Source: Deltaproteobacteria bacterium (GTDB lineage: Bacteria; Myxococcota_A; Polyangia; Polyangiales; Houyiibacteriaceae). From it: a DNA stretch of 64,000 bases. A program made the position numbers and the translations under genes. The notes beneath the pieces are model-generated. The model worked only from the letters and a program-made list of their open reading frames with translations, searched no databases and was not told the origin of the DNA. The stretch's first letter is position 1. Every line of letters begins with the position of its first letter. Shown one piece after another: positions 19,302 to 32,125 of this stretch. The stretch spans positions 128,001-192,000 of the forward strand of contig JAXMNT010000001.1 of the NCBI GenBank assembly GCA_034670305.1, read 5' to 3'.

Positions 19302-19766
19302 ATGATCTTCCTCCAATCCATGCTCTCCTCGGGCTCGATCATCGACCTGGATGGAACGTTCTTCCTCCAGCTCGGCATCTTCGTCGTCGCGTTCTTCGTT
19401 CTTCGAGCGCTCATCTTCAAACCCGTCGTCGCGGTGCTCGAAGCACGCGAAGAGGCGATCGAAGGCGCCGCCCGCGACGCCCTCCAGTTCGAGCGAGAGG
19501 CCGAAGAGAAGGAGACCGCGTTCTCCGACGAGATGCGCCAGGTCCGCGCCAAAGGCACCGCCCTTCGGGAGGAACTCCGGGCCAAGGCCAAGGAGACCGA
19601 AGCGCAACTGCTCGCCGACGTGCGCGCCACCACCCAGGCGGAGTTCGACGAGGCCGACGCGTTGCTCAGGGCCGAGGCCGACAAAGCCCGCGCCGAGATC
19701 GCCACCGGTACGCCGGCGCTCGCCGCTCAGATCGCCGCCAAGCTCCTCGATCGAGAGGTCGTCTGA
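19302..19766 (+). CDS. atpF: ATP synthase F0 subunit b'
   Basis: DLDGTFFLQLGIF...LIFKPVVAVLEAREEAI coiled coil; first gene of the atp cluster. Confidence 0.9.
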   Translation: MIFLQSMLSSGSIIDLDGTFFLQLGIFVVAFFVLRALIFKPVVAVLEAREEAIEGAARDALQFEREAEEKETAFSDEMRQVRAKGTALREELRAKAKETEAQLLADVRATTQAEFDEADALLRAEADKARAEIATGTPALAAQIAAKLLDREVV

Positions 19767-20626
19767 TGATTCGCCTGCAACGCACGCTGCTCGCTTTGGC
19801 CCTCTGCGGCTGGCCGATGATGTCGGCCGCGCAGGAGCCAGAGCTTCCGCCCGGTCACGAACACGAGACCGCGGAAGAACACGCCGCCCACGCGCACGAC
19901 GACGACCACGACCACGACGAAGACCACGATCACGACGAGCGTCCGGCCGGTCACGAACACGAGACCGCGGAAGAACACGCCGCCCACGCGCACGACGACG
20001 ACCACGACCACGAGCGTCCGCCCGGTCACGAACACGAGACCGCGGAAGAGCACGCCGCACACGCGCACGGCGACCACGACCACGGCGAGCACGCCCACGA
20101 AGGGCACGGCGAAGTCACGCTCTCGATGATCCTCGCGGACGGCAAGTTCCGCGCGTCGGTGCTCTGCTTCTTGATCCTCGGGTTCATCCTCATCTACGCC
20201 GGTCGCCGCAAGGTCCGCGCGTCGCTCGAAGCCCGGCGCCGCGAGATCGAAGACGCCGTCGCTGAAGCGCAGCGCAAGAAGGCCGCCGCGGAAGCGAAGC
20301 GAGAAGAGTTCGAAGCCCGTCTCGCCCAGCTCGACGACGAGGTCGAACGCATCCGCACCGAGGCCAAGCAGACGGCCGAAGAAGAGCGCGACCGCATCGT
20401 GGCCGAGGCCAAAGCGAAGGCCGAATCCGTGCGGCGCGACACGAAGTTCCAGATCGAGCAGCGCTTCAAGCAGATGAAAGAAGACCTCACGGGCGAAGCG
20501 ATCACCGCCGCCGTGGCGGCCGCCGAAGCCATGCTCAAGGACAAGACCACCGCATCGGACCAGCAGCGCCTGGCCGACGCCTACCTGAGCGAACTCGAAG
20601 TCGCAGCCCGCGAGGTGACCTCATGA
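19766..20626 (+). CDS. atpF: ATP synthase F0 subunit b with signal peptide and His-rich repeat extension
   Basis: TGATG overlap with b'; TM helix followed by the b-type coiled coil ending DQQRLADAYL; lies directly before atpH. Confidence 0.88.
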   Translation: MIRLQRTLLALALCGWPMMSAAQEPELPPGHEHETAEEHAAHAHDDDHDHDEDHDHDERPAGHEHETAEEHAAHAHDDDHDHERPPGHEHETAEEHAAHAHGDHDHGEHAHEGHGEVTLSMILADGKFRASVLCFLILGFILIYAGRRKVRASLEARRREIEDAVAEAQRKKAAAEAKREEFEARLAQLDDEVERIRTEAKQTAEEERDRIVAEAKAKAESVRRDTKFQIEQRFKQMKEDLTGEAITAAVAAAEAMLKDKTTASDQQRLADAYLSELEVAAREVTS

Positions 20627-21159
20627 GCGGTTCCGCATTCGGCCATCGCTACGCTACGGCGTTGCTCGAGTTGGCCGCCGAGACGAGTCAGACCGCCAAG
20701 ATCCAGCGCGACCTCGCGTCGGTCCTGGAGACCTGGCAGGAGAGCCGCGAGCTCCGCGACGTGTTCGAGAACCCCGCGTTCTCGACCGAAGTGCGCGCTG
20801 GCGTCCTCGAAGGCGTGTCGAAGCGCCTCGGCCTGAGCCCGCTTCTCACCAACACCCTTCGGCTCCTCTCGGACCGGGGCCGCTTGCGGCAGCTTCCGGA
20901 ACTCGTCGAGTCGTTCAACACGCTCGCCCAAGACGAGGGCGGCGTCGTCGCCGAGGTCACCTCCGCGACCGAGCTCTCCGCGTCCTACTACACGAAGCTC
21001 CAGATGAGCCTCGAGAAGTCCCTCGGCAAGAAGGTGACGGTGGTCAAGAAGACCGATCCGTCCCTCATCGCCGGCGTCGTCACCCGCGTGGGCGACAAAG
21101 TGTTCGATGGGACCGTCGCGTCCCGCCTCCGCCACCTCCGCGAGGGTCTGCTCCCGTAA
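20623..21159 (+). CDS. atpH: ATP synthase F1 subunit delta
   Basis: RYATALLELA...DPSLIAGVVTRVGDKVFDGTVASRL. Confidence 0.95.
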   Translation: MSGSAFGHRYATALLELAAETSQTAKIQRDLASVLETWQESRELRDVFENPAFSTEVRAGVLEGVSKRLGLSPLLTNTLRLLSDRGRLRQLPELVESFNTLAQDEGGVVAEVTSATELSASYYTKLQMSLEKSLGKKVTVVKKTDPSLIAGVVTRVGDKVFDGTVASRLRHLREGLLP

Positions 21160-21242
21160 CCGGGGCCGCCTCGATCTCGTCTTCACCGCTCCCGTTTCCC
21201 CGACTCCGTGCACGCCTGAGTGCACCAACCCACCTGGATTGA

Positions 21243-22913
<1,671 letters not shown>

Positions 22914-22919
22914 GCCGAA

Positions 22920-23801
22920 GTGGCCAACCTCAAAGCCATTCGCAAGCGCATCGGCAGCGTCAAGAACACGCAGAAGATCACGCGTGCGATGAAGCTCGTG
23001 GCCGCGGCGCGGTTGCGGCGGGCCCAGGAGGAGATCCTGCAGCTTCGTCCGTACGCGCTCAAGACCCTCGACGTGCTCAGCGCGGTCGCTGCCCGGACCG
23101 CGGACGAGACCGACGACCAGCACCGTCTGCTCGACGTGCGCAAAGTCGACCACGTCATGCTCGTCGTGCTCACGTCCGACCGCGGGCTCGCTGGCGCGTT
23201 CAACTCGAAGATCTGCGCCGCCGCGTACCAGAAGTGGAAGGCGCACGAGGCGGAGGGCCACAGGGTCAGCTTCACGGTGATCGGCCGCAAGGGCCGCGAG
23301 TACCTCAAGCGTCGCGACGCGCACATCAAGCACGACTTCACGGGCGTGTTCGAGGATCTCTCGATGGACCGCGCGGGTGAGATCGGCCGCACGATCGTAC
23401 ATGAGTACGAGCGCGCCGAGTCGCCCGACATGGACGCGTGTTACCTCGTCTACAACGAGTTCAAGAGCGCGATTGCCCAAGAGGTCGTGGTCGAGCAGCT
23501 CTTGCCCATCGTTCCGAAGGAACTCCCCGAAGACCAGGTCGGCGATTTCATCTACGAGCCCACCAAGAAGGCGCTGCTGGACCGGCTTTTGCCGATGTAC
23601 GTGGACGTCGAGGTCTACCGCGCGCTGCTCGAGTCGGTCGCTTCCGAACACGGCGCGCGCATGACCGCGATGGACGCCGCGACCACCAACGCGAGCGAGA
23701 TGATTCACAAGCTCACGCTCAAGTACAACCGAGCGCGACAGGCCGCGATCACCACCGAGTTGATGGAGATCATCGGTGGCGCGGAAGCCCTCAAGGGCTG
23801 A
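22920..23801 (+). CDS. atpG: ATP synthase F1 subunit gamma
   Basis: IGSVKNTQKITRAMKLVAAA, SDRGLAG, NRARQAAITTELMEIIGGAEAL. Confidence 0.98.
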   Translation: MANLKAIRKRIGSVKNTQKITRAMKLVAAARLRRAQEEILQLRPYALKTLDVLSAVAARTADETDDQHRLLDVRKVDHVMLVVLTSDRGLAGAFNSKICAAAYQKWKAHEAEGHRVSFTVIGRKGREYLKRRDAHIKHDFTGVFEDLSMDRAGEIGRTIVHEYERAESPDMDACYLVYNEFKSAIAQEVVVEQLLPIVPKELPEDQVGDFIYEPTKKALLDRLLPMYVDVEVYRALLESVASEHGARMTAMDAATTNASEMIHKLTLKYNRARQAAITTELMEIIGGAEALKG

Positions 23802-24866
23802 TTGCCAACTCTGCTTCCATTGATCGCACCCTCGCCGGGGACACCGGCGGAGGTGCGTCGTCGTTTTCGGGACCTGCTGCGCGGCGGTTTCGAGGTCAAA
23901 CCTGCGGGGGAGGCCAAAGACGATCCGGCGCGGCTCGTCCGGCGCCACCCGGCGGCGTTCGAGCTGGATGTGTTCGGCCGAAAGATCTTCTTGAGCGAAG
24001 CGCGCCAGAACCCAGCCATCCGATTCTTCGTGGCCTACGTCGAAGACGTGGACGCGCGCACGCGCACGTTCCGCCCACGCATCTTCTACAAGGACATCTC
24101 GCTCGTGTGGCGCGTGGCGTCCCACATGATCGCGCAGGGCGACGAGTTCTGGATCGGCAAGGGCGACGTCGAGACGGTGGTGGAAGACGGCTACGAGGTG
24201 ACCCACTCGTTGGAGCACACGACCGACCTGCCGTTCGAGATCCAGGACGTGCTGGAGCAGTGCAACCGCGCGTCCAACGTGCGTGAGGACGAACCGGTGC
24301 TCTGGGATGTACTTCGCAACGCCCCCAGCGGCCGAGTGCAGCCGTACCAGGACTTCGTCGCACCGCGTCTTCGCGACGCGGGTCTGTCGCCCAACCGCGG
24401 CCGTCCGGTCGCCAAGTTCACCCGCGCCGGCGACCCGAGTTCGCTCCAGTTTCGTCCCGGGTTCGGGCCGAACTTCGACACGGCCGAGTTCACGTACTCC
24501 AAGAGCGTGACCTATGGCGGCCAGCTGCGCCGCGCCCGGATCCTCTCCGGCAACGGCAAGATCCAGTACCTGTTCTTCCAGGGCGAACAGCACGTCTGGA
24601 TCGCGCCGCCGCAGACCTTGCGGACCGAACTCTCCTCGTACGGCGTGCGCACCGCGTCGGTGAACGCCCCCGATGATCTCTTCCTGCCCGGGTTCGAGTA
24701 CCACTACGTCGACGAAGACAGCGGTGAGTTGGTCTCGCAGATCCCGAAAGGCTACGCGGGTCCGCAGAGCGAACACGACGACGGCCGAGCGTGCGCGCGC
24801 CCTTGGCTCGACGCCCTCCCGGTCGTACAAGACTTCCGCGCGGCGTTCGGCGACTGGTCCGGCTGA
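23802..24866 (+). CDS. Hypothetical protein abutting atpG
   Basis: 354-aa ORF with natural composition and GC3 bias; TTG immediately follows the atpG stop (start uncertain). Confidence 0.75.
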   Translation: MPTLLPLIAPSPGTPAEVRRRFRDLLRGGFEVKPAGEAKDDPARLVRRHPAAFELDVFGRKIFLSEARQNPAIRFFVAYVEDVDARTRTFRPRIFYKDISLVWRVASHMIAQGDEFWIGKGDVETVVEDGYEVTHSLEHTTDLPFEIQDVLEQCNRASNVREDEPVLWDVLRNAPSGRVQPYQDFVAPRLRDAGLSPNRGRPVAKFTRAGDPSSLQFRPGFGPNFDTAEFTYSKSVTYGGQLRRARILSGNGKIQYLFFQGEQHVWIAPPQTLRTELSSYGVRTASVNAPDDLFLPGFEYHYVDEDSGELVSQIPKGYAGPQSEHDDGRACARPWLDALPVVQDFRAAFGDWSG

Positions 24867-24899
24867 GGCGTCGCCGAACCATCGCTTCGCCGCACCCGC

Positions 24900-26558
24900 T
24901 CAGTACGGGTTGTCGCGGTAGTTCTCGTCGACGACGACCGAGTCCCCGGTCATCGAGCCGGCGGCCATCATCGAGCTCGACATCGTCTGGCGCATCCACA
25001 TGCGTCCGGTCGGTCGCACGCGCTCCGTCTCGGGCAGGGTGCCTTCGACGGTGAGGGTGGCGCCCGCGATCGTGCGGGTGACGGTCGTCGTGTCGTGGCC
25101 GTCGAGTTCGAAACGGAAACTGACTTCCCGGCCCTCTGCGGCGGCGTCTCCGACCCAGACCACCGATGCCGGCGTCGCGCCGTAGCTCCGATCGCCGACG
25201 AACACTTCTGCACCGGGCGGGTCGGATTGCAGGGTGACCTCGACGCGCGCCAGCGGCGCGGCTTCGCCGCCCATGCCGGTGGCATTCATGTTCGTGCCTG
25301 TGACCGGCACCGCGCTCATCGCCGTCGCTTCGGTCTCGGTCTCGGTCTCGGTCGTGTCGACGATGGGGTCTGCGTCCGAAGTGCCGCTGGTGACGAAGTG
25401 GTACCCAGCGCCCGATCCGATCGCGATCGCGGCTGCGAAGAAGATCAGTTTGCCTTTGCCTCCGGACGGCTGCTCTTCCGGCAGCGGAGGAAGCTCGATG
25501 CCCGAGCCACTCGCACTGGAGGTGCTGAGCGAACCACCCACCACTTCGGGCGGCGGCGTCGAAACCGTGATGCCGATGCCGAGCCCGCCGCTCGGCGTGT
25601 GGCTCGTGCGCGCCGAGGACAGCTCGTACTCACCGGAGACGGAGATCGAATGGCTCGAACTCAGCGGTGCACCGAGCACGCCGCTCGCCTGCTTGAGCGC
25701 CAGGATGAGGTCGTTCATCGAGCCGAAACGTTCCTCCTGGTTCTTGCGGAGACACTTCAGCACGACCTGCTCGAGCTCTTCCGAGATCGCGACGCCATCG
25801 GCGCGCGTCATCCGCGGCACGTCGTCCTTGATGTGGGCCATCAAGGTCTGCACCTGGGTGCTCTTTTCGAACGGAACCGCGCCGGTGAGCATGTAGTAGA
25901 GGATGACGCCGAGCGAGTAGACGTCGGTCCGTGCGTCCACGTCGTCGCCCTGGATCTGCTCCGGCGACATGTACTTCGGAGACCCCATGAACAAACCCTG
26001 CTGGGTGAGCTCCTGGTTCTCTTCGACGTTCTTCACGAGCCCGAAGTCGAGCACCTTCACGAACGAGTCTTCGTCGGCGTGGGTGGTGACCAGCACGTTG
26101 GCCGGTTTCAGGTCGCGGTGGATGACACCGAGCCCGTGGGCTTCGCGGACCGAGCGTGCGATCTGGATCGCGATGTGGATCGCGCGAAGCGCTTCCATCG
26201 GTCCATGCATCTTGAGGAGTTGCGAGAGGGTGAACCCCTCCACGAACTCCATGACGATGAAGTAGATGTCGTCGCTCGTCTTGCCGTAGTCGAAGACGGT
26301 GACGGTGTTCGGGTGCGAGAGCTTCGCGGCGGTGGACGCTTCGAGGAAAAAGCGCGCCTGGAACTCCGGGTCCTCTTCACCCTTGTAGCGGGGGTCGAGC
26401 ACCTTCAACGCGACCTCGCGACCAAGGGGCGACTGCCGCGCCTTGTACACGCGCCCCATGCCACCGCGCGCGATCATCTCGAGGATCTCAAAACGATCGT
26501 TGATGACACGACCGATGAGGGGGTCGGGTTCTTTCTCGGGGGCGGAGGCTTCAGTCAT
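24900..26558 (-). CDS. Membrane Ser/Thr kinase with PEGA-like domain
   Basis: [30 protein letters not shown] helix; QSDPPGAEVFV; C-terminal NPY. Confidence 0.93.
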   Translation of the reverse strand: MTEASAPEKEPDPLIGRVINDRFEILEMIARGGMGRVYKARQSPLGREVALKVLDPRYKGEEDPEFQARFFLEASTAAKLSHPNTVTVFDYGKTSDDIYFIVMEFVEGFTLSQLLKMHGPMEALRAIHIAIQIARSVREAHGLGVIHRDLKPANVLVTTHADEDSFVKVLDFGLVKNVEENQELTQQGLFMGSPKYMSPEQIQGDDVDARTDVYSLGVILYYMLTGAVPFEKSTQVQTLMAHIKDDVPRMTRADGVAISEELEQVVLKCLRKNQEERFGSMNDLILALKQASGVLGAPLSSSHSISVSGEYELSSARTSHTPSGGLGIGITVSTPPPEVVGGSLSTSSASGSGIELPPLPEEQPSGGKGKLIFFAAAIAIGSGAGYHFVTSGTSDADPIVDTTETETETEATAMSAVPVTGTNMNATGMGGEAAPLARVEVTLQSDPPGAEVFVGDRSYGATPASVVWVGDAAAEGREVSFRFELDGHDTTTVTRTIAGATLTVEGTLPETERVRPTGRMWMRQTMSSSMMAAGSMTGDSVVVDENYRDNPY

Positions 26559-26867
26559 GGGTGTGTTCGTGTCTCGCAGGGCGCGCAGCACGAAATGGGG
26601 GAGTGGGTCCGACCCATTCCCCACCGCCAGTGTCGACGGGACCGCGTCTGCTGGCAAGTCCGACCCCATCGATCGCTCAGTCCTTGTCCCCGTTTGGGGG
26701 ATTCGTCGCCCACCGCTGGAGCGACGCACCTCTTGACCGCAGCCCGACCGCCCCCAGAACTGGGATTGCGGACCCCAGACCGATCGGTCGCGCCCGCCGC
26801 CCACAAGCGCTCCAGAACCAGAATTGCTTCATGGTTTCAACCGCTTGAGCCTCGCACACACCCTCCG

Positions 26868-28405
<1,538 letters not shown>

Positions 28406-28411
28406 TCCACC

Positions 28412-28834
28412 ATGGCGACGAAGCTCCTCACCCTCGAAGTCACGACCCCACTCGGCCTCGCGCTCCGCACGGAGTGCGAGTTCGTCGAGGCGCCGAGCGT
28501 CAAGGGTGAGTTCGGCGTGTTCCCGGGTCACCTTCCGGTGCTCGCGGCGCTTCGCTCTGGGCTTCTCAAGTACAAGTCCTCGGGCAAGGTGCACGTGGCC
28601 GCACTCGGACCGGGTTTCGTCGAAGCGGAACCGGGCCACGTCAACGTCCTCTCCGATCTGTTCGCGACCGCGAAAGACATCGATCGCAAAGAGACAGAAG
28701 CAGAGCTGACCGCAGCGTCTGCGGCGCTCGCCGACTACAAAGAAGCGTACGTCGGTGCGGACTACGAAGAGTTGCAGCGCAGCGTCGACTGGGCGCGCGC
28801 CAAGCTGCTCTGCCTGGATCGCGCCAAAGCCTGA
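28412..28834 (+). CDS. atpC: ATP synthase F1 subunit epsilon
   Basis: LEVTTP...GEFGVFPGHLP...GFVE; follows atpD. Confidence 0.95.
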   Translation: MATKLLTLEVTTPLGLALRTECEFVEAPSVKGEFGVFPGHLPVLAALRSGLLKYKSSGKVHVAALGPGFVEAEPGHVNVLSDLFATAKDIDRKETEAELTAASAALADYKEAYVGADYEELQRSVDWARAKLLCLDRAKA

Positions 28835-28859
28835 CGATTTCTGAGCGCCACGCGTTCGT

Positions 28860-30956
28860 TCAGAACAGCGCGTCGAGCGCCGCGAAATCTTGTTCCGGCG
28901 CGACGGGCGCGGGCGCCAACGGCAGAAGCAGAACGGCACGTCCAGCGGCGACCACGACGTTGCTCGCTCGGATGTCGCCGTGCGTGACGCCGCGTGCGTG
29001 GAGGATCTTGAGGGCCTCGCCCACCTGAGCGCGGGCGACCCCGCGCATCCCCTCGTCGAGCAGCGCGCGGGTCATCGGTTCGCCCTTCGGGTGTTCGAGC
29101 ACGATCCGTTCGAGCTCTGGGTCGATGTCGAAGATCGCCTGCAGGAACGGGCCGTCCGCGGACGAGAGCGCTTGGAAGAACGCCACCTCGTCGGGCGCGA
29201 GCCCACGCAAGCGCACCATTCGCCCGAGCACGCCATCGGTGGCGAGCTGCGTCCCGTCGTCCAGCGTCTCGGTCACCGCGAATCGGTCGCCGGCCGGTGG
29301 TGGGATGCTCGGGGGCAGCGACTCGCGCGCCGGCTCGGCCGCCGGCGACTTGAGGCCCGCGTCTTGGACCAGCTGCTCCAGCACGTTCTCGTCCGGGTCG
29401 GTCCAGTCGAGTGCGTCGAGCATCTGGCGCACCTCTTCGACCGACTGGGGCCGATCGACGATCTGCTTCTCGAGCAAGGCGGCGATCAGATCGTCGAAGC
29501 CGCGATCGAGGTGCGTGCGAATGCGGGTGGGCCGGCGCGGGGTGTCCTGCAAATGCTGGGTGACGAAGTCCGGGCCAGGGAAGGGCAGTTGTCCGGTCAG
29601 GAGCTGGTAGAGGATCACACCGAACGCGTAGAGGTCGGTCGGCGCCTTGGGACGTTCGGAGCCGGTGATCTGTTCGGGCGCCATGTACGCGAGCGTGCCG
29701 AGCATGGCGCCCGTGAGGGTCGCGCCGAGATCCTGCAAGTGCGCGACCCCGAAGTCGCCGATCTTCACGTCGCCGGTCGCGCCGAAGAAGACGTTGGCGG
29801 GTTTGAGGTCTCGGTGAATGACGCCGCGGCGGTGCACCGCCTCGAGCCCGCGCAAGATGGAGGTCGTGACGTGCCGAACAATCGCGAGTGGCAACGCATG
29901 CGCGGCGTCCTCGATGCGATCGCCGAGCGTGCCCCCGGGCATGTACTCCATCACCAAGAACGGCCCGTCCGGGTTGAACTCGAACACGCGGACGACGTTG
30001 GCGTGGTCGAGCCCCGCGGCGACGCGCGCTTCCTTGGCGAACCGCACGTACGCATCGCGGCCTTGTGCGCCTCGACCGACGGTCAGGACTTTGACGGCGA
30101 CCTCACGGTCGTAGAACCCGTCGTGTGCAAGCAGCACCCGCCCGGTCCCGCCTGCGCCGAGGGACCGGAGGATCCGGTAGCGCGCGGCCAGGAGCTGTGA
30201 CTTCTTCTCTCCCTTCGCGAGCCCGGCGATGCCCCGGGGGTTGCCAAAGGTCTCTTGAAGAAAGTCGGGCACGCGGATGGGCAACGACCGGTCTTGCGCG
30301 CGCAGCCGGTCGAGACATCCGGCGGCCGCTTCGTTCATCTTGAGCGCGTCGAAACACGCGACGAGCAGCTCGAGCGCCGCGACCTTGCGCTCCGGGTCGT
30401 CTTCCGCTTTTTGGAGCGCGCGCGCCGCGTGATCGAAGCGGCCGAAGTGCGCGAGGATGCGTCCGAGGCGCAACGCGGCTTCGCCATCGGTCGGATCTTC
30501 ACGCACGCGCCGTTCGTAGAGGATGCCGGCCTTGCGGTAGTCGCCGCTGTTCTCGAGGCACCGCGCCGCTTCGAAGAGTTCGCCGGCCCGTTCGAAGAGT
30601 GCGGCGGCTTCTTCGACTTCCCCGGCGGCTTCGCGCAGACGCGCCGCGTCGATCACGCGGCCCTTGCCCTCCGCGACGCTGGCGGCCCGCAGCGCTTGCT
30701 CCGGGTGGTTCGGAAGCACCGAGAGCAGCCGGAACATCGCGTCGCGATCGTTGCCGGCGAGTGCGTACTCGTACGCGAGCGCGAACATCTCCGCCTCTTC
30801 CGCGATGCGCACCGCATTGGGCCAGTCCCACACCGCGGCGTAGAGCTCCGCCGCCCGCGCCGCGTCCCCATCCTGGAGGCACAACATCGCCGCCTCCGCA
30901 TACCGCCCCGCCGCCCTCAGCGCGTCCACCTGTGCGTCGAGATCGTGATCCGCCAT
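28860..30956 (-). CDS. TPR-containing Ser/Thr kinase with a degenerate second kinase-like segment
   Basis: N-terminal helical repeats; [26 protein letters not shown]-terminal HGDIRASNV. Confidence 0.9.
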   Translation of the reverse strand: MADHDLDAQVDALRAAGRYAEAAMLCLQDGDAARAAELYAAVWDWPNAVRIAEEAEMFALAYEYALAGNDRDAMFRLLSVLPNHPEQALRAASVAEGKGRVIDAARLREAAGEVEEAAALFERAGELFEAARCLENSGDYRKAGILYERRVREDPTDGEAALRLGRILAHFGRFDHAARALQKAEDDPERKVAALELLVACFDALKMNEAAAGCLDRLRAQDRSLPIRVPDFLQETFGNPRGIAGLAKGEKKSQLLAARYRILRSLGAGGTGRVLLAHDGFYDREVAVKVLTVGRGAQGRDAYVRFAKEARVAAGLDHANVVRVFEFNPDGPFLVMEYMPGGTLGDRIEDAAHALPLAIVRHVTTSILRGLEAVHRRGVIHRDLKPANVFFGATGDVKIGDFGVAHLQDLGATLTGAMLGTLAYMAPEQITGSERPKAPTDLYAFGVILYQLLTGQLPFPGPDFVTQHLQDTPRRPTRIRTHLDRGFDDLIAALLEKQIVDRPQSVEEVRQMLDALDWTDPDENVLEQLVQDAGLKSPAAEPARESLPPSIPPPAGDRFAVTETLDDGTQLATDGVLGRMVRLRGLAPDEVAFFQALSSADGPFLQAIFDIDPELERIVLEHPKGEPMTRALLDEGMRGVARAQVGEALKILHARGVTHGDIRASNVVVAAGRAVLLLPLAPAPVAPEQDFAALDALF

Positions 30957-31007
30957 CGCCCCCGCACTGTAGCGCGGCCAGCCACCACATCGGGGTCCGG
31001 ATCCGGA

Positions 31008-31244
31008 TCGGCTTCGGCTTCGGCGTCGGCGTCGGCATCGGCTTCGGCATCGGCTTCGGCGTCGGGTTCGGCGTCGGCATCGGCGTCGGCATCGGCTTCG
31101 GCTTCGGCATCGGCTTCGGCATCGGCTTCGGCGTCGGGTTCGGCGTCGGCATCGGCGTCGGCATCGGCTTCGGCATCGGCTTCGGCATCGGCTTCGGATT
31201 CGGCTTCGGATTCGGCTTCGGGATCGGGATCGGATTCGGCTTCG
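31008..31244. repeat. Intergenic (TCGGCN)n hexamer array, about 39 units
   Basis: Units tcggct/tcggca/tcggcg with variants; followed by a (cacggg)n tract at 31255-31287. Confidence 0.92.
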
Positions 31245-31352
31245 CCCGACAAACCACGGGCACGGGCACGGGCACGGGCACGGGCAACGACAATCCTCGG
31301 TGTCGGCCTTCGAAGTGGCGGCGGGGGTTCGCTCGTCGCTACCCTCTCGCGC

Positions 31353-32066
31353 ATGTCGCCTCGCCTCCGCCGACTCGCCGCGCCCGCCTTCGTGCACGCG
31401 TTCTGTTTCGTCTTCTTCGCGACGGCGGCGGCGGGTCAAGACGGAGTGTCGTTCGAACAAGCCGCGCCTCCCGGCGACGAGCCCCCGTCGGTGGACAGCG
31501 ACGACGACGCAGGGGAACGCGCCGCGTCCGCGGATGCGAACCGCGAGGATTCAGAATCCGAAGACGCCGAGGAGGACGAGGAAGGCGGCGTTCAATCGAT
31601 CCTGCCCGTCTTTCGCCTGGCGTTTGGGAGCGCGCTCGGGTTCGAGCCGAGTGGTCAGCGTGGGTTCACCTTCGACTTGGCGGGTGGGGTTCGTCTTCTC
31701 CTGCGCGAGGGCAAGCACCATCCAACGCTGATCTTCGAGACCGGCTACTCACGTCGCGGCGGCGACTTCGGCACCCACGACATGCTCTTCGCGGCGGGCG
31801 CGGGGTGGACGGGCAAAGCGGTGGGGATCCAGTTGGTGGAGACGATCACGTTCGCCACCCAGGTCGGTCGACACGAGTCCGGGATACGCACCGGTCTGCG
31901 CCTCGAGTTGCTCATGGGGATCGTCGGGGTCGAGATGGCGCACCAGGTCACCTTCCGAGACCCGGACAACGCCCACGAGTTTCGGGTCCAGGCCTACCTC
32001 GACGTCGGGCTCATCATCGGCGTCGTCTCGGTCTTGCGTGCGCTCAAGGGGATCACCCGCCGCTGA
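31353..32066 (+). CDS. Exported hypothetical protein, possible beta-barrel
   Basis: Signal peptide (TAAAG-Q), acidic linker, beta-strand-rich C-terminus. Confidence 0.7.
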   Translation: MSPRLRRLAAPAFVHAFCFVFFATAAAGQDGVSFEQAAPPGDEPPSVDSDDDAGERAASADANREDSESEDAEEDEEGGVQSILPVFRLAFGSALGFEPSGQRGFTFDLAGGVRLLLREGKHHPTLIFETGYSRRGGDFGTHDMLFAAGAGWTGKAVGIQLVETITFATQVGRHESGIRTGLRLELLMGIVGVEMAHQVTFRDPDNAHEFRVQAYLDVGLIIGVVSVLRALKGITRR

Positions 32067-32125
32067 GCGGGCTGGGTCCTTCGGAGCGTTTCGCGGGCCA
32101 TCGACGAGCGGCCCGTTGACCCGCC

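Noticed and set aside
19847-20075. Repeat-spacer-like pattern in atpF as CRISPR or DGR
   Set aside because: The repeats are in-frame coding His-rich units; no reverse transcriptase or cas gene is in the window.
30255-32119. ASAS-, GFGI-, EADA- and PKPM-repeat ORFs
   Set aside because: Products of a stop-free hexamer tract; credible starts lie outside it at 30956(-) and 31353(+).
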